Assembly: GCA_044344255.1 (NCBI GenBank)
Contig: JBIJDH010000005.1
Coordinates: 297,669 to 361,668 of the forward strand
Direction of reading: 5' to 3'
DNA from: Myxococcota bacterium
GTDB lineage: Bacteria; Myxococcota_A; UBA796; UBA2385
Length of the DNA: 64,000 bases
Shown: one piece after another, positions 49,103 through 58,432 of the stretch
Numbering within the stretch: the stretch's first letter is position 1
How the letters are laid out: each line of letters starts with the position of its first letter
The notes under the pieces: model-generated
Told to the model about the DNA's origin: nothing
The model's database searches: none
What the model saw: only the letters and a program-made list of their open reading frames with translations
Program-made: the position numbers and the translations under genes

Positions 49103-49792
49103 TCAGCCTGGGTGGAGGCGGAGCAGGCGGGTCATCCGCGAGGGGGTGTCCTCGAGCTCGAGCAGGGTAGGGACCTCCCAAGTGCCCATCACTACGACGT
49201 CATCGGGGGGATAGGCCCGGCTCGGATCGCCGAGCAGCACAGGGATCCCCGATCGGGCGCAGCGGCGGAGGAAGGGCAGGACCCGCTCGACCATCGGCCG
49301 GCTGTAGCAGATGTCACCGGCGACGATCAGATCGACCTCGGGCAGATCTCCATCGACGATGTCCTCGACCTTCACCTCGAGGGAGAGATCGTTGAGCCGG
49401 GCGTTGAGGCGGATCGCGGCGCCGGCGAGGGGATCGATCTCGACCGCGGTGACCTGTGCGCCGAGGCGGGCGGCGGCGATCCCGCTCAGGCCCGAGCCTG
49501 CGGCGAAGTCGAGCACCCGACGCCCCGCCACCCAGGCCGGCTCTTCGAAGAAGCGTCGCGCGAGGAGGAGGGAGCCCGGCCAGGCGAAGGCCCAGTACGG
49601 GGGCTCGGCGCCGAAGCGCGGGAAGGCCGCCTCGGCGGCGATCCACAGCGGGGTGAGGGTGCCGGAGAGGTGGAGGCGGAGCTCGGGCAGGTACGGGTGG
49701 GCCTGGATGACGGTGTGGGCGACGACGAAGGCCTCCGCGACCGAGGGATCGGGGTGAGCGGCCGAGGCAGGGCCGCCGGCGAGCGGGCTCAT
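49103..49792 (-). CDS. Class I SAM-dependent protein methyltransferase (METTL20/PrmA-like)
   Basis: PPYWAFAWPG, VLDFAAGSG, AGDICY and GDPSR. Confidence 0.88.
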   Translation of the reverse strand: MSPLAGGPASAAHPDPSVAEAFVVAHTVIQAHPYLPELRLHLSGTLTPLWIAAEAAFPRFGAEPPYWAFAWPGSLLLARRFFEEPAWVAGRRVLDFAAGSGLSGIAAARLGAQVTAVEIDPLAGAAIRLNARLNDLSLEVKVEDIVDGDLPEVDLIVAGDICYSRPMVERVLPFLRRCARSGIPVLLGDPSRAYPPDDVVVMGTWEVPTLLELEDTPSRMTRLLRLHPG

Positions 49793-50541
49793 CGGGCGTC
49801 GAGCACCTTTCGGATCAAGGTCCGCGTGAAGCTCTCGCCGCTCAAGAAGGCGAGGCGGACCTCGTCGTCGGCGGGGCCGATGTGGGCTCGCACGATGGGC
49901 CCGAGGTCAACCCCGTCGGCCACCGCGCGCACGGGGCGCCGCTCGGGGCTCTGGACCTCGATCTCGACGCGGGCGTCCGGCGGGAGGATGAGCGGCGAGA
50001 GCCGCGGCGAGTGGGGGCAGACGGGGGTGAGGAGCACCGCCCGCACCCGGGCGTGGCAGGGGGCGCCCCCCGCCGAGTAGCTGTAGGCGGTAGAGCCGAG
50101 CGCGGTGGCCACGAGGAGCCCGTCGCAGACGAGGCGGTTGACCACCGGCAGCCCATCGACGAGCACGCGGAGGTGGGCGGTCTGGCCGCTGCGCCGCTCG
50201 ACGTAGAGGTCATTCATCGCCACGGCGGTGAAGCGCTGCCCGTCCACGCCCTCGGCCTCGAGGCGCAGGCGGGGGAAGCTGTGCGCGCTCCAGTCGCGGT
50301 CCCGGAGGGCGCGGGCGACGTCGGCGAGGTCGTCGGGGTCGTTGAGCAGGAAGCCGAGGTGCCCCGTGTTCAGCCCGAGGAAGACATAGCTGGGACCCAG
50401 CTCGCGGATGCAGGACAACATCCAGCCGTCCCCGCCCACCACGAGGCAGAGCTCCGGTGGCAGGGCGTCGAGGTCGGTGAGCTCACCCAGCCGCCGATGG
50501 AGGGCGCCGGCGCGCGGGTTGTTCGGATCGACGCGCTGCAT
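49789..50541 (-). CDS. nadK: NAD(+) kinase
   Basis: GGDGWML, GHLGFL, ND and DGLLVATALGSTAYSYSAGG; start uncertain. Confidence 0.92.
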   Translation of the reverse strand: MQRVDPNNPRAGALHRRLGELTDLDALPPELCLVVGGDGWMLSCIRELGPSYVFLGLNTGHLGFLLNDPDDLADVARALRDRDWSAHSFPRLRLEAEGVDGQRFTAVAMNDLYVERRSGQTAHLRVLVDGLPVVNRLVCDGLLVATALGSTAYSYSAGGAPCHARVRAVLLTPVCPHSPRLSPLILPPDARVEIEVQSPERRPVRAVADGVDLGPIVRAHIGPADDEVRLAFLSGESFTRTLIRKVLDAR

Positions 50542-50761
50542 GGAGGGGAGGGGTCCTGAGGGGGAGAGCCGCTCGCCGGGGAGCGGAGGGGTGGCGGGCA
50601 AGCTACCTCGTTTTCACGGAGCTCGTCTGCGCGGACCTCGACTGGACGGGCCTCCTGCCTGTCCGCCGTCAGGCCAATGTGTTTCGGCGCAGGGCCTCCC
50701 CGGGCCCCATCCCGTTAGACTCCGGGGGCCGCCCCGCCGCGCCCCGCACCCGGGAGAGTTG

Positions 50762-51538
50762 ATGCTCCGCCACTTCCTCAATCCCCCGAATTGGTTCACC
50801 TCGGCCAGCCTCTTCTGCGGGCTCTACTCGGTCGTGCTCGCGACGGGGGTCCAGGGAGAGCCGAACTACTATCGGGCCGCCCTGATGATCCTCTTCGCGG
50901 CGGTCTTTGACACGATGGACGGAGCGGTGGCCCGGCTGACGCGCACGGGCAGCGACTTCGGCATCCAGCTCGACTCCCTGGTCGACGTCGTCTCCTTCGG
51001 CATCGCGCCTGCGATGCTGCTCTACACCTGGGGCGTACACTCCCTCGGCAACATCGGCCTCGCGGGGGCCTTCTTCTTCGCGCTCTGCGGCACCTTCCGC
51101 CTCGCCCGCTTCAACACCAAGGCGGACGGGACGAAGTCGGCCTACACCGAGGGGCTGACCATCACGATGGCCGGCGCCACCGTGGCCAGCGCGGTGATGG
51201 CCCACGCGGCGAGCGGGCGTACGAACGTCGAGCACCCGCTCCACGTGCTGGTCCTCGCGGTGTCGCTCGCCCTGCTGATGGTGAGCTCGGTGCCCTACCG
51301 GAGCCACAAGTCGATTCGGCGGCGGAGCTACCTCGTCGTCTTCGTGATGCTCTTCCTCGGCACGCTGCTCACCATCGCCGTCCGCTACAACCTGAGCACG
51401 GCCTTCGTGAGCGTGCTGCTGGCCTACGGGGTCTCGGGGCCGCTGGAGGCGCTGCTGTTCCGCCGTCGGCGGCGGGAGCGGGGCCGCGATCCGGAGGCGG
51501 CTGTCGAGGAGCACAAGGCCGATGGTCCGGTGGGCTAA
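50762..51538 (+). CDS. pssA: CDP-diacylglycerol--serine O-phosphatidyltransferase
   Basis: PNWFT, DTMDGAVAR..G..LDSLVDVVSFGIAP, RLARFN and LMVS. Confidence 0.88.
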   Translation: MLRHFLNPPNWFTSASLFCGLYSVVLATGVQGEPNYYRAALMILFAAVFDTMDGAVARLTRTGSDFGIQLDSLVDVVSFGIAPAMLLYTWGVHSLGNIGLAGAFFFALCGTFRLARFNTKADGTKSAYTEGLTITMAGATVASAVMAHAASGRTNVEHPLHVLVLAVSLALLMVSSVPYRSHKSIRRRSYLVVFVMLFLGTLLTIAVRYNLSTAFVSVLLAYGVSGPLEALLFRRRRRERGRDPEAAVEEHKADGPVG

Positions 51539-51588
51539 GGGGGCGACGCGGCGAGGCGGGGCTGCTGCCTCCGCCGCTGGAGACGGGT

Positions 51589-52053
51589 ATGTTCGCCGCT
51601 CGGGATGTCCTCTCGCTGTTCGCCACCTTCGCCGGGGTCTATGAGGGGGCCGGCCTCAACCCGGAGGGGCAGCCCTTCTCCGGGCGCCTCCACCTGCGCC
51701 CTCGCCTGGATGGTCGAGTCTACGAGCTCGAGTACGAGGCGATCGGCGCCGAGGGGGCCCGGATGCACCACGAGCTCGGCCTCGTCTCCGCGGGCCCCGA
51801 CGGGCGGCTCGGCCTCTGGCTCATCCACACCGGCGGCACGAGCCTGATGTCTCACCCGCTCGAGGCCATCGAGCCCACGGAAGAGGGGGGATACGCCCTG
51901 GTCTTCGGGGGAGGAGACGCCCACGAGGGCTCGCGCTTTCGCATGCAGCTCACCCTCGGGCTCCACCCCGGCGGCGATCTCTCCTGGGGCCATGCCTGGG
52001 GCCTCCCGGGCGGGGAGCTCAGCGCGCGCTCGGCCTGTCGCATGAGCCGCTGA
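51589..52053 (+). CDS. Hypothetical beta-barrel protein (DUF1579-like)
   Basis: Typical codon usage; GVYEGAG and alternating beta-strand pattern. Confidence 0.55.
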   Translation: MFAARDVLSLFATFAGVYEGAGLNPEGQPFSGRLHLRPRLDGRVYELEYEAIGAEGARMHHELGLVSAGPDGRLGLWLIHTGGTSLMSHPLEAIEPTEEGGYALVFGGGDAHEGSRFRMQLTLGLHPGGDLSWGHAWGLPGGELSARSACRMSR

Positions 52054-52081
52054 TCGCCCCCGTGCTACAAGGGGGGTCGAT

Positions 52082-52486
52082 GTGCCATTGAAGCCTGATC
52101 TGTTCGCTCGACCCTCCCTCTCCCGCCCCTCCGCCTTCGCCTCCGACTATGGCGAGGTGGGTGGTTCGGGTGCGTCGAACCCCCTCGCGGTGGCCTCGCT
52201 CGTGCTCGGGATCTTGAGCTTCCTCGCCTGGGGCTGCTGCTGCCTCGGCTCGATCATCCCCTTCGTCAGCTTCCTCGTGATGGTCGTCGACTTCTTCCTC
52301 GCGGTGGGCGCCGTGGTCACGGGCGCCCTCGGGGTGAAGAGCTCGGGTGAGACGGGCACGGGCAAGGGCATGGCCATCGCCGGCATCGTGCTCGGCGCCC
52401 TCTCGCTCCTCATCCTGGCCGCCTGGGCGGTCTTCATGGTCTTCTTCGGCGGGCTCGCCGCCATCTCGGCGATCGCGAACCAGTAG
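52082..52486 (+). CDS. DUF4190-like membrane protein
   Basis: LAVASLVLGILS and GKGMAIAGIVLG. Confidence 0.8.
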   Translation: MPLKPDLFARPSLSRPSAFASDYGEVGGSGASNPLAVASLVLGILSFLAWGCCCLGSIIPFVSFLVMVVDFFLAVGAVVTGALGVKSSGETGTGKGMAIAGIVLGALSLLILAAWAVFMVFFGGLAAISAIANQ

Positions 52487-52521
52487 GGGCGGCACCGAGG
52501 GCCGCCCACCTTCGCCGCCTC

Positions 52522-52803
52522 TCAGCGGCGGACCTCTGGGGGGGGGGCGCGGTCGTCCTCCTCCCAGTGGGCGCCGCCGCGGGCCTTCTTCATCAGAGGG
52601 GCGAGCCCGCGGTCCGTCAGGCGGGCCGCCAGCTCTCCCATCCGGGCGGGGTCGATGACGAGCTCGGTCTCGGAGACCCGCGCCAGCACGAAGTCTTCGA
52701 GGGAGATCGCCGCGGCCAGCTCGTCGATGGCGCGACGGTCGCGCACCACGAGCAGGGCCACGTTGCGGTGCGCGATCGTCCCCGGCGGCCCGCTTGTGCT
52801 CAT
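52522..52803 (-). CDS. Small protein translationally coupled to XPB helicase
   Basis: ATGA overlap with the XPB stop; typical codon usage. Confidence 0.7.
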   Translation of the reverse strand: MSTSGPPGTIAHRNVALLVVRDRRAIDELAAAISLEDFVLARVSETELVIDPARMGELAARLTDRGLAPLMKKARGGAHWEEDDRAPPPEVRR

Positions 52804-54476
52804 GCGACGACCTCGATCTCGTAGGCGTAGCCCTGCTCCGTGAGGAATAGCTGCCGCTTCTCGGCGAATTCCTGCTCGGTGGTGTCGCGGCTCACGATGC
52901 TGTAGAACCAGGCGACGTTGCCGTCGCTCTTCGGGCGGAGCACGCGACCGAGGCGTTGGGCCTCCTCCTGGCGGCTGCCCCAGGTGCCCGAGATCTGGAT
53001 GGCGACGTTGGCGTCTGGGAGGTCAACGCTGAAGTTCCCGACCCGAGAGATGACCATGACCGGCACCTCGCCCGTGCGGAACTTCCCGTAGAGCTCGTCT
53101 CGCGCCTTCTGGCGGGTGTCACCGGTGATGAGGGGGACGCCGATGCGGTCGGACATCTCGTGGAGCTGATCGAGGTACATGCCGAGGATCAGCACGCGGG
53201 CGCCCGGGTGGCGCGCGAGCAGGCTCTCGACGACGTCCATCTTGCGGGGGTTCGTCGCGGCGAGGCGGAACTTCTCCTTGTCGTCGGCGATGGAGTAGAT
53301 GAATCGGTCCTTCTCGGGGAGCTCCACCCGGATCTCGGAGCAGCGGGCGGTGGCGATCCAGCCCTGGTGCTCGAGGTCGCGCCAGGGCACGTCGAAGCGC
53401 TTGGGGCCGATGAGCGCGAAGACGTCGCCCTCGTGGCCGTCCTCGCGCACGAGCGTCGCGGTCAGGCCGAGGCGACGGCGGGCCTGGAGCTGGGCCACCG
53501 AGCGGAAGACCGGCGCCGGGAGCAGGTGCACCTCGTCATAGACGATGAGGCCCCACTTCTCGAGGTCAAACAGCGCCATGTTCTGGAAGGTGTCCTGCTT
53601 GGACTTCCGCCAGGTGAGCATCTGGTAGGTGGTGAGCGTGATGGGCTTCACCTCCTTCCGTTCGCCCGAGTATTCGCCGACCTCGTCCTCGGTGAGGGTG
53701 GTCTTGTCGAGGATCTCATCCCGCCATTGGCGGAGCGCCGTCACGTTGGTGCAGAGGATGAGCGTGCGCATGCCGAGGCGCACGATGGCCGAGATGCCCA
53801 CGATGGTCTTGCCGGCGCCGCAGGGCAGCACGACCACGCCGGAGCCCCCCTCTCCGCCGGTGTCGGGGCCGGCGAGGAAGGCGGCCGAGGCCTGCTCCTG
53901 GTAGGTGCGCATGCTCCAGGCGGGGCCGGCCTTGCGCATGGGGCGGATCTGGATGGCGAGGGCGGCGCCGTCGGTGAAGCCCGCGAGGTCTTGGACGGGG
54001 TGGCCGACCTTGACGAGGGCCTGCTTGAGGAGGCCGCGGTTGCCTGGGCTCACCATGCTGCGGCGCTCGTCGACCTTGGCGTCGAGCAGGTCTCCGACGC
54101 CCTTCTGGCTGCGGACCTCCGCCATCAGCAGCGCGGTGTCGGCCTCGAGCACGAGCTCCTTGCCCTTGGCGAGCAGCCGGAGGCGCCCATACCGGGCCAT
54201 CGTGTGCTGCACCCAGATCGGCACGTTGGGCGGGACGTCGTACTTCGACCAGGCGGTGAGGACCCCCACCACGTCTTCGGTCTTGGCGCCGGCCGCGGCG
54301 GCGTTCCAGAGCGAGAGGGGGGTGATCTTCCAGGTGTGGACGTACTCAGGGCTCTTCACGAGCTCGGCGAAGCGGGCCAGCGCATCTCGCACGTGCGCAA
54401 AGTTGGGCCCCATCGTCTCCAAGAGGAGGGTGTGGTCAGACTGGACGATGAGGGGATTTTCAGGAGTGTACCGCAT
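52800..54476 (-). CDS. xpb: XPB/Ssl2 (Rad25)-like DNA repair helicase
   Basis: PLIVQSD, ELVKSPEYVHT, LPCGAGKT, DEVH, GLTAT and QRLGRVLR. Confidence 0.95.
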   Translation of the reverse strand: MRYTPENPLIVQSDHTLLLETMGPNFAHVRDALARFAELVKSPEYVHTWKITPLSLWNAAAAGAKTEDVVGVLTAWSKYDVPPNVPIWVQHTMARYGRLRLLAKGKELVLEADTALLMAEVRSQKGVGDLLDAKVDERRSMVSPGNRGLLKQALVKVGHPVQDLAGFTDGAALAIQIRPMRKAGPAWSMRTYQEQASAAFLAGPDTGGEGGSGVVVLPCGAGKTIVGISAIVRLGMRTLILCTNVTALRQWRDEILDKTTLTEDEVGEYSGERKEVKPITLTTYQMLTWRKSKQDTFQNMALFDLEKWGLIVYDEVHLLPAPVFRSVAQLQARRRLGLTATLVREDGHEGDVFALIGPKRFDVPWRDLEHQGWIATARCSEIRVELPEKDRFIYSIADDKEKFRLAATNPRKMDVVESLLARHPGARVLILGMYLDQLHEMSDRIGVPLITGDTRQKARDELYGKFRTGEVPVMVISRVGNFSVDLPDANVAIQISGTWGSRQEEAQRLGRVLRPKSDGNVAWFYSIVSRDTTEQEFAEKRQLFLTEQGYAYEIEVVA

Positions 54477-54529
54477 GGCCGGCAAGCCTAACCTCGCCGG
54501 CGCGCCGAGGGGTGCGGGCCGGCCAGCCC

Positions 54530-55213
54530 TCAGGTGGCGGTGACGATGGCCGTGATCATCACGAAGTGCAGGACGCAGGCCAGGATCACGAGGGCGTGAA
54601 ACACCTCGTGGTATCCGAAGATCGTTGGGAACGGATCGGGCCGACGGGTGGCGTAGACCGCGGCGCCCACGCTGTAGATGAGGCCGCCCAGCACGAGCGC
54701 GCTCATGCCGGAGAAGCCGATGCCGGCGTACATCTCGGGGATAAAGGCGGCGCTGATCCAGCCTACCGCCACGTAGGTGCTGGCGGTGAGCCACTTCGGC
54801 GCCCCTGGCCAGAAGATGGCGCGGGCGATGCCGATGAGGGCGCCGGCCCAGACAGAGAGCAGCAGCTTCTGTCCTGCGGCGGGCTCCATGGCCAGCAGCG
54901 CCATCGGTGTGGTGGTGCCGGCGATAAAGACGAAGATCACAGAGTGATCGAGCCGCTTCATGAAGGCCCGCGGCCGGTCGGCCCAGGTGACCCGGTGGTA
55001 GAGCGCGCTCACGCCGAACAGGGCCATCAGCGAGACCACGTAGATGCCCACCGCCACGGTCGGTCGCCCCGCGGAGGCCACCGACAGCAGGCCGATGCCC
55101 GCGGCGGCCGCGATAAAGAAGGCGAGCTGGTGGGACACGCCGCGCAGGCGAGGGCGCTCGCGCGGGAGGACCAGCGCCGGGGGCGGCGGGTTCAAGATGC
55201 CGTCGTTCTGCAT
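54530..55213 (-). CDS. Hemolysin III/PAQR-family membrane protein
   Basis: RPRLRGVSH, SALYH, DHSVIF and GYHEVFH. Confidence 0.93.
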   Translation of the reverse strand: MQNDGILNPPPPALVLPRERPRLRGVSHQLAFFIAAAAGIGLLSVASAGRPTVAVGIYVVSLMALFGVSALYHRVTWADRPRAFMKRLDHSVIFVFIAGTTTPMALLAMEPAAGQKLLLSVWAGALIGIARAIFWPGAPKWLTASTYVAVGWISAAFIPEMYAGIGFSGMSALVLGGLIYSVGAAVYATRRPDPFPTIFGYHEVFHALVILACVLHFVMITAIVTAT

Positions 55214-55265
55214 GGGGAGCCTGTTCAGGTGGAGAGGTCATCATCCCACGCCGACTGACGGTCGT

Positions 55266-55293
55266 CGGTCATGCTCCGGTCACCGTTCGGTCA
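55266..55293. promoter_or_regulatory. Three CGGTCA direct repeats at 11-bp spacing (candidate regulator site)
   Basis: CGGTCA at 55266, 55277 and 55288, upstream of the hemolysin III start. Confidence 0.45.
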
Positions 55294-55327
55294 GGTCTGC
55301 GGCGGCGGCGGGGGCAGCCCGGCGCGG

Positions 55328-57142
55328 TCAGGGCCGTGCCTGGGCCGCCGTCCACGCTTCGAGCTGGTGGCGGAGGATCGGCAGCGGGAGCGGGCCCTGA
55401 CCGAGCAGCGCGTCGTGGAAGTCGGGCAAGGAGTAGCGCGGGCCGAGCCGCTCCCTGGCCTCGGCGCGGAGGCGGAGGATCTCGAGCTGGCCCAGCTTGT
55501 AGCCGAGCGCCTGCCCCGGCCAGGAGATGTACCGGTCGACCTCGTTCTCGATGTTCTCTGCCGTGAGCGCTGTGTTCTGCATCATGAAGTCGATGGACTG
55601 GGCGCGGCTCCAGCCCATGGCGTGGATGCCGGTGTCGACGACGAGCCGGCTCGCACGCCAGGCGTCGAAGCTCAGCATGCCCATGCGATCGAGGGGGGTG
55701 CTGTAGAGGCCCGCTTCGTCGGCGAGGCGCTCGGTGTAGAGGGCCCAGCCCTCGATGTAGGCGTTGGTGAGCGCGTTCTTGCGGAAGGCCGGCAGGGCAG
55801 GGAGCTCTTGCGCGATCGAGATCTGGAGGTGGTGCCCCGGCACGCTCTCGTGGAAGGCGAGGACCTCAGCCTCGAAGCGGGGGCGGGTCTCGGGCGCGTA
55901 CCGGTTGATGCGGTACTCGCCGGGCTGGGTGCCGTCCGGGACGCCGGGCCGGTAGTAGGCGATGGTGGTCCAGGCCGCCTCGTGGTCCGGGACGGGCTTG
56001 ACCACGCAGGCGGCGCGCGGGAGCCTCCCGAAGAGGGCGGGCACGGCCCGGTTCGCCTTGTCGAGGGCGGCGGTGGCGGCGGCCTGCACGGCGTCGCCGG
56101 ACTCGAAGTAGAGGCTGCGATCGTCCCGCAGGCGGCGGAGGATCGTGGGCAGGTCGGTGGAGTCGAACAGCAGGGCGCCTTGGGCCCGCATCTCCGCGTG
56201 GATGCGGTCGAGCTCGGCCACGCCGATGTTGTGGATCTCCGCCGCTGGCATCGAGAGGCTCGAGCCGGCGCGGATGCGGGCGGCGTAACAAGCGGCGCCG
56301 TCGGGCAAGGAGGAGACGCCGGTGCGGCCCTCGGGGCGGCTCGCGGGCAGGAGCTCGTGCTCGACGAAATCGGCGAAGGTGCCGATGGCGGCGCAGACCT
56401 CGGCGGAGCCGGCGCGCAGCTCCCGCTCTGCTTCCTCTTGCTCGTCGGCGCTCCAGGCCGGGTGGGGCTCGCGGAGGGGGGCGAGCAGCGCCGTGTCCTC
56501 ACAGGGGGTGGCGAGCCAGCCGCGGAGCTGCGGCACCATCTTCTCGACCGTGCCGCGCGCTTGGGTGCGGCCCTGCGCGATGCCCTGGCGCAGGTTCTCG
56601 ATGGTGCCGGCGACGTAAGCGGGGGCGGCGCGGTACCGAGCGGCGAGCGCCCGCGCCTCGGTGACGGTGACGACGGGCTGGAGCTCGGGGAGGTACTCGA
56701 GGTCGACCAGCGGGTTCATCCGCGCCGAGACCTCCCACTGCTCGCTCCGACAGACGTCTTGGGCGGTGTCGACCGAGAGCTGATCGACGAAGAGGTCGAG
56801 GGTGAGCTGGTCGCCCGCGGGGAGCGCGCCGCGGTCGAGCCGAGCGGCGCGGGTGAAGAAGGCGTCTCGCGCCGCGCGGGCGGCGGCCGAGGCGGCGGGG
56901 CCCGTGGCGCTGAGGCGGCCGTCGTAGCGGTGATCGCCGAGGCGGGTGGCGCCCTCGGGGTATCGCGCGAGGCTGTCCTCCCAATGGTCGATGAGGAGCC
57001 GCTGCAGGGCGGGGTCGGCCACGCCAGCGGCGGCCTCGGCGGTGGGGACGGGCATGGGGGGCTCCACAGGGGCGCGGTGACCACAGGAGAGGGCCAGGAC
57101 GGTGAGGAGCGGCCAGAGGGGGGCGAGGGCGGAGCTTCGCAT
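55328..57142 (-). CDS. DUF885-family lipoprotein
   Basis: Lipobox ALSC; HESVPGHHLQ, EGWALYTE, RLVVDTGIH and PGQALGYKLG. Confidence 0.93.
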   Translation of the reverse strand: MRSSALAPLWPLLTVLALSCGHRAPVEPPMPVPTAEAAAGVADPALQRLLIDHWEDSLARYPEGATRLGDHRYDGRLSATGPAASAAARAARDAFFTRAARLDRGALPAGDQLTLDLFVDQLSVDTAQDVCRSEQWEVSARMNPLVDLEYLPELQPVVTVTEARALAARYRAAPAYVAGTIENLRQGIAQGRTQARGTVEKMVPQLRGWLATPCEDTALLAPLREPHPAWSADEQEEAERELRAGSAEVCAAIGTFADFVEHELLPASRPEGRTGVSSLPDGAACYAARIRAGSSLSMPAAEIHNIGVAELDRIHAEMRAQGALLFDSTDLPTILRRLRDDRSLYFESGDAVQAAATAALDKANRAVPALFGRLPRAACVVKPVPDHEAAWTTIAYYRPGVPDGTQPGEYRINRYAPETRPRFEAEVLAFHESVPGHHLQISIAQELPALPAFRKNALTNAYIEGWALYTERLADEAGLYSTPLDRMGMLSFDAWRASRLVVDTGIHAMGWSRAQSIDFMMQNTALTAENIENEVDRYISWPGQALGYKLGQLEILRLRAEARERLGPRYSLPDFHDALLGQGPLPLPILRHQLEAWTAAQARP

Positions 57143-57172
57143 GGAGGGCAGGGTATCTCGGCCCTCCGGCGG

Positions 57173-58432
57173 TCAGCTCGGCTCCGCGCAGAGGAGGATG
57201 TTGCGGGGGGTGACCGATCGCGCGCAGAAGGTGCCGAGGCGCACCCGCTGCCCCGCCTCGGCGAGCTGTTGGGCGCGATCGCTGGCCAGCCACACCTCGA
57301 CGGCCCTCCGGAAGGGCGCCCGCACGAGCCCGAGGGCGCGGCTCAGGCGGGAGCGCTCCCGGCCGGCCCGCAGGGCGGCGTCGAGGTCGATGCGGTCGGG
57401 ATCGAGGGGGAGCCTCGCGGCGCCGATCATCTCGACCAGGAAGGTGCGGAGGCCCCCCGTGAGCCAGGCCGGCGGGCAGCGGGGGAGGGTGTGGTAGCGG
57501 TCCTCCCCGGTGGCCTCGCGGAGGAGGGCGTCGAGGGCGGCGCGGTAGGCGAGCTCATCCCTGCGCAGCCGGCGGGCGCGGGCCCGGGCGACGACCTCCT
57601 CGGTGGTGCAGAAGCGCAGGTCCTCTCGATCGAGGCGGAGCCCGCTCTCCCGCCCGACCGCCGACTGGGGTTGATGGCCTCCGGGCGCCGTGCGGTGGTA
57701 GCAGCATGCGGCGAGGTAGGCGCGGGCGCCGGCGGTGCGGGCGAGGGTGAGGGCCCGATCGCCGAGGAGGCCGCAGGAGTGGAGCGCCACCACCGTGGTG
57801 CCGGGGCCGAGCAGCGGGCCGAGGATGCGCGGGAGGTCGTCGTCGAGCACGTCGGCCTCTACGAAGCGCAGCGGGGCGGCCTCTTCGAGGGCGAGCTCCT
57901 CGCCGGCGCGGATCAGGGCGGGGTCGCGCTCGAGGGCGAGCCCGGCCCGCCCGCTGCGCCGAGCCAGCAGGCGACCGAGGTGGCCCTTTCCGGCGCACCA
58001 GTCGATGAAGGGGCCGTCACCGAGCTCGACCTGGTCGAGGAAGGGCACGATCTGCGACCACTTGCGTGGAGGGGTCCCCGTGGGGCAGGGGCCGGCGCCG
58101 GGCTCGACGCCGGGCTCGACGCCGGGCTCGACGCCGGGAGCGGGGGAGAGGTCAGGGAGAGAGGACAGCGCCGCGAGGGCGGCCAGGGTCTGGCGGAGGG
58201 GCTCGGGGAGCCAGCTCGGCGGGAGCTCGCTCGCCTCCAGCGCCTCGACGGCGTCCAGGGAGAGCCCGCGGAGGCGCGCCGAGAGCGCGGGGTGCTCGGC
58301 CTCCCAGGGCAGCGCGCTCACGACGAAGGGCCGCGGGGACCACCATCCGCGGCTCTCCTGCAAGAGGCGGCCGAGGCGCAGCGTTCGGCGGGATAGGTCG
58401 CTCGCGGAGGCGGGGTGATGCGGTTGATTCAA
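57173..58432 (-). CDS. SAM-dependent methyltransferase (Methyltransf_32-like)
   Basis: DWCAGKGHLGR, ALHSCGLL, ACCYH and TPRN; TTG start uncertain. Confidence 0.85.
   Translation of the reverse strand: MNQPHHPASASDLSRRTLRLGRLLQESRGWWSPRPFVVSALPWEAEHPALSARLRGLSLDAVEALEASELPPSWLPEPLRQTLAALAALSSLPDLSPAPGVEPGVEPGVEPGAGPCPTGTPPRKWSQIVPFLDQVELGDGPFIDWCAGKGHLGRLLARRSGRAGLALERDPALIRAGEELALEEAAPLRFVEADVLDDDLPRILGPLLGPGTTVVALHSCGLLGDRALTLARTAGARAYLAACCYHRTAPGGHQPQSAVGRESGLRLDREDLRFCTTEEVVARARARRLRRDELAYRAALDALLREATGEDRYHTLPRCPPAWLTGGLRTFLVEMIGAARLPLDPDRIDLDAALRAGRERSRLSRALGLVRAPFRRAVEVWLASDRAQQLAEAGQRVRLGTFCARSVTPRNILLCAEPS

Noticed and set aside
54477..55244. Apparent N-terminal extensions or fusions of XPB (also of lgt at 41939 and the methyltransferase to 60058)
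   Set aside because: These extensions overlap real genes in other frames; family N-termini begin at the internal starts given.
58101..58138. Short coding tandem repeats (PGVE x3 here; also LLVP at ~22320, LLLP at ~11030, and GGD/GSD linkers)
   Set aside because: In-frame slippage repeats in linkers or signal peptides; unit lengths are multiples of 3, so there is no sign of phase variation.
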